Shown here: positions 54,269-60,535 of the stretch, piece after piece
Numbering within the stretch: the first letter of the stretch is position 1
How the letters are laid out: the number at the start of each line of letters is the position of its first letter
Source of the DNA: Paracoccaceae bacterium
GTDB taxonomy: Bacteria; Pseudomonadota; Alphaproteobacteria; Rhodobacterales; Rhodobacteraceae
DNA length: 64,000 nt
Assembly (NCBI GenBank): GCA_041397305.1
Contig: JAWKWX010000004.1
Coordinates: 94,429-158,428 of the forward strand
Reading direction: 5' to 3'
Notes under the pieces: generated by a model
Told to the model about the DNA's origin: nothing
Database searches by the model: none
Seen by the model: only the letters and a program-made list of their open reading frames with translations
Position numbers and translations under genes: made by a program

Positions 54269-54638
54269 GATTCGCAGCGAATCGTCGGTGGCACCTGTTG
54301 CGATACCGGTGGTCAAAAGGCGCCCCTGCCGATTTCCATGCGGGCCCGGGCCACCATGAAATGTCGGGCCAGCCAACCTGGCGGCTGCGGCCGGTCATCG
54401 CAACTGTTGTGATAATGGCAACGCGCAGCGACCTCGCGGCGGCGTCATCGGGCCTCCGGCTGACCCGATGACCTGTTGGGGCACGCAGTGATCGTTTTTT
54501 GTCTGACTTTCGGAAATAATCGCGGGGCGTGGTGTGACGCCACGTCACCGCGGCCGCGGGGCGGGCGCCCAAATTTCGCCACATTTCGAACGGTATAAGT
54601 AACCTATTCGTAAGTATAAATTCTCTACGCTCTTTCAG

Positions 54639-55232
54639 ATGACCCTTCGGGGATTTTGTAACTGGCCCGTACGTTTGACGGCCGCTTTTGTTGGAACCAC
54701 CACATTGTCTTGTCTGACCTCAGGAACATTCATCACGACACTCAGGGGCGAAAAGCCGGTGGAACAGCTTGTTCCCGGCGATCGTGTCGTCACCCGCGAT
54801 GACGGATTGCAGACGGTACGTTCGGTGCGCCGTCGCGACTTCGACTACGGGCAACTCGCCTCCGCCCCCCGGATGCAGCCGGTTCTCATCACCGTTGGTG
54901 CCGTGTCGCGCGGCCTGCCGGAGCGCGAGCTGCTGGTCAGCCCGTCGCTGCGCATCCTGATGCAGACAGCCGAGCGCGATCATCTGGTGGCGGCAAGTGA
55001 TCTTGCAGACGGCCACGCGATCCGGACCTGCTCGGTCCTCGGCGTGCGCTATGTCCATATCGGCTTCGACCGCGACGAGGTGATCCTCGCCAACGGTGTC
55101 TGGGTCGAGGCCTTTCAACTTGCCGAGCGGCAGGACGATGTCCCGCAATCGGCGCAGACAGAGGAATATCTGGAGCTGTTTCCTGCCGGGCAGGACAGCG
55201 AAACGGTTGCGGCGCGACAGGACGGTATCTGA
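54639..55232 (+). CDS. Stand-alone Hint (bacterial intein-like, Hint_2-type) domain protein H1, 197 aa
   Basis: Domain starts at Cys25: C-LTSGTFITTLRGEKPVEQLVPGDRVVTRDDGLQTV... Later blocks are LLVSPSLRI (His replaced by Leu), DEVILANGVWVEAFQ, and the tail AQTEEYLELFP. Paralogous to the C-terminus of the RTX protein. Confidence 0.75.
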   Translation: MTLRGFCNWPVRLTAAFVGTTTLSCLTSGTFITTLRGEKPVEQLVPGDRVVTRDDGLQTVRSVRRRDFDYGQLASAPRMQPVLITVGAVSRGLPERELLVSPSLRILMQTAERDHLVAASDLADGHAIRTCSVLGVRYVHIGFDRDEVILANGVWVEAFQLAERQDDVPQSAQTEEYLELFPAGQDSETVAARQDGI

Positions 55233-55298
55233 GCGCGCGATGATGGCGGCAATCCCGTTCGGGGCCGCCGTGTGACGAGTAAGGTCGAGGAGTTTCGA

Positions 55299-55406
55299 AT
55301 GACGACGGTTCTGGTTCTTCTTTCCTGCGGTCTCCTGGGGCTTTCGCCCCTGGCATTTGTAGTGCTGCAGCAGCGCGACCGCATCGCTGTTCGTATCTCG
55401 ATCTGA
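55299..55406 (+). CDS. Possible 35-aa membrane peptide (MTTVLVLLSCGLLGLSPLAFVVLQQRDRIAVRISI)
   Basis: My own translation. GAGGAG lies 7 nt upstream of the ATG. Hydrophobic. Located between the two stand-alone Hint genes. Confidence 0.35.
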   Translation: MTTVLVLLSCGLLGLSPLAFVVLQQRDRIAVRISI

Positions 55407-55471
55407 TGGTTTCGACGCCGGGCGGTTCGCCCCGGCGCCGCATGTGAATTTGAGTAGAAGGTAAAAGGTCA

Positions 55472-56152
55472 ATGAAGCACACATTTTTCCAGACCGAGGC
55501 CGCTATGGCTGATCAGATCTCCGGTCTCGCCGAAACCCGCCTTCAGGGCGCGGCAGGCGAGGAACGGCTGGTAGAGGCCAAGGGGCGCGACGGCCAGCCG
55601 GGCGTAGCGGCTGAACATCTGGAAGCGGCCCCCTGTTTCACTCCGGATGCCGAAGTTCTGACCGAGCGCGGGCCGGTAGCCGCGCATCTCTTGAAAGTCG
55701 GCGACAGGGTCATGACCCGCGATCACGGCCTTCTGACCGTGCGCCACATTGGCCGTCGGCAGTTCGGCTGGCGTGCGCTCGGCCTCATTCCGCTGCTGCG
55801 CCCGGTGGTCATCGCGGCGGGTGCGCTCGGCCATGGTCTGCCCGCGCGTCAGATCGCACTGTCGCCCGAACACGGTATCGCCAGTGCCGGTGCCGACGGC
55901 CTTGGCATGCAGATCGTTCAGGCCAAGCGCTATGTCGGGACCCCCGGCGTCGAGCGCGGCGCCTTCCACAACGTGACCTACATCCAGATCGGCCTCGACC
56001 AGCCCGCGCTTGTGAATGTTTCCGGCTTGTGGTGCGAGACCCAGGCAGGGGCCAGCGCCACCGTCGCGCAGACGCCGATTGCCGTGGTCGGGGAGGTTTT
56101 GCAACCTGCGAAGGCCACCAAAGCCGACCCCGAGGTCAGCGTCGCGGCCTGA
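55472..56152 (+). CDS. Stand-alone Hint (Hint_2-type) domain protein H2, 226 aa
   Basis: Domain starts at Cys55: APC-FTPDAEVLTERGPVAAHLLKVGDRVMTRDHGLLTV..., then IALSPEHGI and VSGLWCETQ. Has a 54-aa acidic N-terminal leader with no signal peptide. Confidence 0.75.
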   Translation: MKHTFFQTEAAMADQISGLAETRLQGAAGEERLVEAKGRDGQPGVAAEHLEAAPCFTPDAEVLTERGPVAAHLLKVGDRVMTRDHGLLTVRHIGRRQFGWRALGLIPLLRPVVIAAGALGHGLPARQIALSPEHGIASAGADGLGMQIVQAKRYVGTPGVERGAFHNVTYIQIGLDQPALVNVSGLWCETQAGASATVAQTPIAVVGEVLQPAKATKADPEVSVAA

Positions 56153-56185
56153 GACCGTCCCGCAAGGCATCCTGTGCCCTTCCGG

Positions 56186-56223
56186 TAACGCCAGATGCCC
56201 AATCTGGCGTTATCACGTTTTTA
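56186..56223 (+). terminator. Rho-independent terminator after H2
   Basis: Perfect 11-bp stem TAACGCCAGAT / ATCTGGCGTTA, 5-nt loop, then TCACGTTTTTA. Confidence 0.8.
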
Positions 56224-56444
56224 GTTTACGCACCGACCTGCTGAAAGCTGCTATTCGATCAGGAATGGCGCCGGTGTCTGGTGTTGCTGTGGTTGGTGGT
56301 TTGGGGAGGCGGCGCAATGTTTCGGGTGACGGCCATAGAAATAGCCAAATCAGACGGCATTAACGCGCCGGAAGGGCACTGCTTGGCATCTGCCCTTACA
56401 TCGTTTGGGCGGTATCGGGCAGAGAAAACCGGCAGTTAGTCCTC

Positions 56445-59400
56445 ATGGCGACGATCCTCGGCACCGCGGGCAACGACACGACACTTACGGGCACCGGCGC
56501 AAGTGACCTGGTCAGCCTTTTCGGCGGCAATGATTCCTTCGCGGCGAACGGCGGCAATGACACGGTCTTTGCCGGGACCGGCGACGACACGATTGACGGT
56601 GGTTCGGGCGCGGATTCGCTTCTGGGCGAAGACGGCAACGACCTTTTGCTGGGCGGGTCGGGTAACGACCGGCTTTTCGGCGGCAACGACAACGACACGC
56701 TGATCGGCGGCGCCGGATCGGATTCACTGGACGGCGGGGCCGGATTCGACACGGCCGACTACAGCGCCTCGGGGTCCGCGGTCTCGGTCAATCTTGCGAC
56801 GAACGTCAATACCGGCGGCGATGCCGCCGGAGACACGCTGACCGGGATCGAGGCGGTGATCGGCTCGGCCTTCAACGATACGCTTGTCGGAAGCGCCGGA
56901 GATGAGGCGTTTTTCGGCGGCGCCGGAAACGATTCCATTGATGGCGGAAGCGGCAACGACACGCTGGTCGGCGGTGCGGGCAGCGATACGCTGATCGGCG
57001 GCGCTGGCTTGGATGAGGTCAGCTATGCCACCTCGGCCTCGGCGGTATCGGTCAACCTCAGCGCCAATATCAATACCGGCGGCGACGCGGCAGGCGATAG
57101 CATCTCGGGTGTCGAGGCCATCACCGGGTCGGCGTTCAACGACACGCTGATCGGGTCGAACACCGGCGACAGCCTGTTCGGCGGAAGCGGCAACGACAGT
57201 CTTGCCGGGCTTGGCGGCAACGACAGCCTGTTCGGCGGTATCGGTGCAGACACGATCGACGGCGGATTTGGCAACGATTCCATAGATGCGGGTGCCGACA
57301 ACGATTCCGTGTCGGGTGGCGCCGGAGCCGACACGATCTTCGGCGGCGCGGGGCTCGACACGATCACCGGCGGCGACGGGGCCGATTCAATCGATGCGGG
57401 CGACGGCGCCGACAGCGTGGATGCCGGGGCCGGCAATGACACGGTTCTGGGTGGCCTTGGTGACGATACGATCCTGGGTGGCGGCGGATCGGATTCGATA
57501 TCGGGCGGCGATGGCAACGATGTTCTTTACGGCGACGACACCGTCACGGCCACGGCCACAAACGAAGCGCTGCACTGGAATCTCGCGGGGGCGGACGAGG
57601 CGAGCATCTCCAACGGCTTCGTCCAGGACACCGGCCTCATGGATGTCCGGGTCAGCTTCGTCACCACGGCGCTTGCCTCGACCCAGACGGTAGAATCCAC
57701 CGACACGGTCTATATCGGCACCGGCGAGCCGATGAGTGCGACGTCGAACCTGAACCTGACCGGCGCGGGCTCCGGGACGACCTCGACGACCTATATCGAC
57801 TTTGCCGCATCAGCAGGCAGTGGCGTGACCGACGCGGTCAGCAATGCTCAGTTCCGGATCAACGATATCGATGCGAGCACCGGCAACTGGCAGGACGTCA
57901 TTACCGTCAACGCCTATGATTCGAACGGCAATCTCATCCCGGTCACGATCACGCTGAGCGGCAACGATTCGGTTTCCGGCAATACGATCACTGCGGCGAA
58001 TACCGCCGACACTGCCAGTTCGCCGCTGGGTTCCGCCCTTATCAACATCGCGGGACCGGTCGCGCGGATCGAGATCATCTATGCCAACGTCGGCACCTCG
58101 ACGCAGTCGCTCTGGGTCAGCGACGTCCATTTCACGACCATCCCGCAGACGGCGGGCAACGATACGATCGACGGCGGCACGGGCAACGATTCCATTTTCG
58201 GCGGCGCTGGCGATGACAGCATTCTTGGCGGTGCGGGCCTTGATACGATCTTCGGCGGCACGGGCAATGACACGATCGACGGCGGCACCGAGGCCGATTC
58301 GATCGACGGCGGCGACGGCAACGATTCGATCCTCGGCGGCACGGGGAACTTCGCCGACACGCTGATCGGGGGGCTGGGCGACGATACGCTGCGCGGTGAC
58401 GACGGGGCGGACCTGCTTTTCGGCGGCGACGGCAATGACTCGCTTGATGGTGGGCTTGGCAATGACACGATCGATGGCGGCATTGGCAACGATTCCATTC
58501 TCGCGGGCGATGGCAACGATTCCGTCACCGGCGGCGCGGGCCTCGACACGATCTTCGGCGGCGCGGGCAACGACACGATCGATGGCGGCACCGAGGCCGA
58601 TTCGATCGACGGCGGCGACGGCAATGATTCGATCCTCGGCGGCGCTGGCGATGACAGCATCACCGGCGGCGCGGGCCTTGATACGATCTTCGGCGGCACG
58701 GGCAACGACACGATCGACGGCGGCACCGAGGCCGATTCCATCGACGGCGGCGATGGCAATGATTCGATCCTCGGCGGCACGGGGAATTTCGCCGACACGC
58801 TGATCGGGGGGCTGGGCGACGATACGCTGCGGGGTGGCGACGGGGCCGACCAGCTCTTTGGCGGCGACGGCAACGACTCGCTCGACGGCGGCGACGGCAA
58901 TGACACGATCGACGGCGGGATCGGAGCCGACCGTCTGGATGGCGGTGCAGGTGACGACAGTCTGACGGGCGGCGACGGCAATGACACGATCTTCGGTGGC
59001 GACGGCAACGACACGCTAAATGGCGGCGCCGGCGCGGACAGCCTTGTCGGCGGGCTCGGATCCGACTTCTTCACCGGCGTCGGGATCGGCGATGTCATCG
59101 ACGGGTCGGAAGACACGCCCTCCAACGAGGTAGACGTCCTCGATCTCTTTGGCTCGGGCTGGACAAAGGCCACGACCAACATCCTTTATGCCGGGGGCAA
59201 TGACGAGGCGGGCACCGTCCAGTTCCTGGACAATCTCGGCAATATCATCGGCTCCCTGACCTTCTCGAACATCGAGAAGATCGTTCCCTGCTTCGCCGCA
59301 GGAACGGTGATCGAAACGATCCGAGGCGCGGTCGCGATCGAGGATCTCCTGCCCGGCGACCTCGTCCTGACGCGGGACAGCGGTTATCAGCCGGTGCTTT

Positions 59401-59876
59401 GGATCGGGCGCAGGGCCCTCACGGCACTGGATTTGCTGATCCAGCCCCAACTTGCACCGATCCGCATAGAGGCGGGCGCGCTCGGGCGGCGCGCGCCAGA
59501 GCGCGCGCTGACCGTCTCGCCCCAGCACCGCGTCCTTGTGTGCGGCAGCCGCGCCGAGCTGATCTCGGGCGAGACCGAAGTTCTGGTCGCCGCGACCCAT
59601 CTGTGCGGTCTGCCGGGCATCGAGCAGATAACGCCCGAGGACGGCGTGACATATTTTCATATGTTGTTCCGTCAGCATGAGATCGTCCTGACCGAGGGCC
59701 TGTGGACCGAGAGCTTTCAACCGGGCGCGGCCACGCTTGCCGGCATCGACGATGCGCAGCGCCGCGAGATTCTTGCCCTGTTCCCCGAACTTGCATCCGA
59801 TATCGCCTGGAATGCCTATCAGGCGGCGCGCTCCAGCCTGAGGGCACATGAGGCACGAGCGATCATCGCGGCCTGA
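56445..59876 (+). CDS. Large RTX (hemolysin-type Ca-binding nonapeptide repeat) protein with central non-repeat domain and C-terminal Hint domain, 1143 aa
   Basis: Dozens of GGxGxDxxx repeats in two blocks (aa 1-365 and 570-885). A central domain of about 200 aa (...FRINDIDASTGNWQDVITVNAYDSNGNLIPV...). Hint domain from Cys949 (VPC-FAAGTVIETIRG...TVSPQHRV...LTEGLWTESFQ). Confidence 0.9.
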   Translation: MATILGTAGNDTTLTGTGASDLVSLFGGNDSFAANGGNDTVFAGTGDDTIDGGSGADSLLGEDGNDLLLGGSGNDRLFGGNDNDTLIGGAGSDSLDGGAGFDTADYSASGSAVSVNLATNVNTGGDAAGDTLTGIEAVIGSAFNDTLVGSAGDEAFFGGAGNDSIDGGSGNDTLVGGAGSDTLIGGAGLDEVSYATSASAVSVNLSANINTGGDAAGDSISGVEAITGSAFNDTLIGSNTGDSLFGGSGNDSLAGLGGNDSLFGGIGADTIDGGFGNDSIDAGADNDSVSGGAGADTIFGGAGLDTITGGDGADSIDAGDGADSVDAGAGNDTVLGGLGDDTILGGGGSDSISGGDGNDVLYGDDTVTATATNEALHWNLAGADEASISNGFVQDTGLMDVRVSFVTTALASTQTVESTDTVYIGTGEPMSATSNLNLTGAGSGTTSTTYIDFAASAGSGVTDAVSNAQFRINDIDASTGNWQDVITVNAYDSNGNLIPVTITLSGNDSVSGNTITAANTADTASSPLGSALINIAGPVARIEIIYANVGTSTQSLWVSDVHFTTIPQTAGNDTIDGGTGNDSIFGGAGDDSILGGAGLDTIFGGTGNDTIDGGTEADSIDGGDGNDSILGGTGNFADTLIGGLGDDTLRGDDGADLLFGGDGNDSLDGGLGNDTIDGGIGNDSILAGDGNDSVTGGAGLDTIFGGAGNDTIDGGTEADSIDGGDGNDSILGGAGDDSITGGAGLDTIFGGTGNDTIDGGTEADSIDGGDGNDSILGGTGNFADTLIGGLGDDTLRGGDGADQLFGGDGNDSLDGGDGNDTIDGGIGADRLDGGAGDDSLTGGDGNDTIFGGDGNDTLNGGAGADSLVGGLGSDFFTGVGIGDVIDGSEDTPSNEVDVLDLFGSGWTKATTNILYAGGNDEAGTVQFLDNLGNIIGSLTFSNIEKIVPCFAAGTVIETIRGAVAIEDLLPGDLVLTRDSGYQPVLWIGRRALTALDLLIQPQLAPIRIEAGALGRRAPERALTVSPQHRVLVCGSRAELISGETEVLVAATHLCGLPGIEQITPEDGVTYFHMLFRQHEIVLTEGLWTESFQPGAATLAGIDDAQRREILALFPELASDIAWNAYQAARSSLRAHEARAIIAA
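58227..58967 (+). repeat. Nested intragenic duplication inside the second RTX block (units a 58227-58529, b 58530-58664, c 58665-58967)
   Basis: Units a and c (101 codons each) both begin GGAGLDTIFGGTGNDTIDGGTEADSIDGGDGNDSILGGTGNFADTLIGGLGDDTLRG. Unit b repeats the first 45 codons. DNA is near-identical over the first ~170 nt, with differences at third codon positions. Confidence 0.85.
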
Positions 59877-59879
59877 CGT

Positions 59880-60482
59880 TCAGCCAGGCGGCGGCGCCTG
59901 CCAATTGTCCCACTCTTCCGGTGTGTCGAGGTCGGTCAGGGCATGGCGGTCGGGCAGGGGCACGAGTTGGACCGGCCGCCCCTCCAGCAGCTTGCGCGCG
60001 CCGTGGTCGCCGGTCAGCACGCTCAGGTCGGCGAAAAGGCGGCGTGGCAGGATGACGGGATGGCCCGGCGTACCGTCGGCGCCCGTACCGCGTGCCGCAT
60101 GCGACGGGTCGCGGGCGAAAGCGCCGACGACGCGGGCGATATCCTCGCCGGTGATCTCCGGCATGTCCGGCAGGAGGATCATCAGCCCCTCCGACATCGC
60201 CGCCGCCTGCGCGCCCGCGCGGATCGAGGCCGACATTCCGTCGTGATAGTCGGGGATCGAAATGACTTCGGCGCCCGTACCCCGCAGGACAGCGGCGCGG
60301 GGGGCCGCGAAGGGGCCGCCGTCCGGGATCGTGACCACCACATGGGGCGCGATGCTGCGCGCCAGTCGCACTGTCCGTGAAAGCGCGGTTTCGGACCCGA
60401 CGCGTTCCATGAGCTTGTCGCGCCCCCGCATCCGGGAAGATGCCCCGGCCGCGGGAACGAGGATTGTCAATGTCGCAGCCAT
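59880..60482 (-). CDS. MobA/MocA-like nucleotidyltransferase (NTP_transf_3 family)
   Basis: 200 aa: LVPAAGASSRMRGRDKL N-terminal signature and LLPDMPEIT. Confidence 0.8.
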   Translation of the reverse strand: MAATLTILVPAAGASSRMRGRDKLMERVGSETALSRTVRLARSIAPHVVVTIPDGGPFAAPRAAVLRGTGAEVISIPDYHDGMSASIRAGAQAAAMSEGLMILLPDMPEITGEDIARVVGAFARDPSHAARGTGADGTPGHPVILPRRLFADLSVLTGDHGARKLLEGRPVQLVPLPDRHALTDLDTPEEWDNWQAPPPG

Positions 60483-60535
60483 GATCCGATTGAAGGACGA
60501 TGGGCCGCATTGGTCAAGACCTACCTCGGGGCGCT

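Noticed and set aside
54030-54584. ORFs 54030..54584 (-) and 54199..54471 (+) overlapping the tRNA-Leu gene.
   Set aside because: They overlap a well-folded tRNA and have Arg/Pro-rich composition with no motifs, so they are spurious.
54639-56152. H1/H2 as silent recombination cassettes for swapping the 3' end of the RTX gene (orphan-module model of polymorphic toxins).
   Set aside because: The three Hint domains are only distantly similar at the protein level, and I see no long identical DNA tracts that could support homologous exchange. H1 and H2 also have their own start codons and RBS, and H2 has its own terminator. They lie upstream of the large gene, not downstream.
56445-59100. Highly periodic DNA that might be mistaken for a CRISPR array or satellite.
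   Set aside because: The periodicity is 27/54 nt and in-frame, encoding GGxGxDxxx RTX nonapeptides inside a single long ORF. There are no unique spacers and no cas genes.
54185-59880. The Hint locus as a classical tRNA-integrated genomic island or prophage remnant.
   Set aside because: There is no integrase, transposase or phage gene in the interval. I could not find a direct repeat of the tRNA-Leu 3' end (…GAGTTCGAGTCTCGCCTCGGGCACCA) at or near the right boundary around 59876. GC content of the genes looks similar to the flanks. I keep it as 'accessory-looking', not as a demonstrated mobile island.
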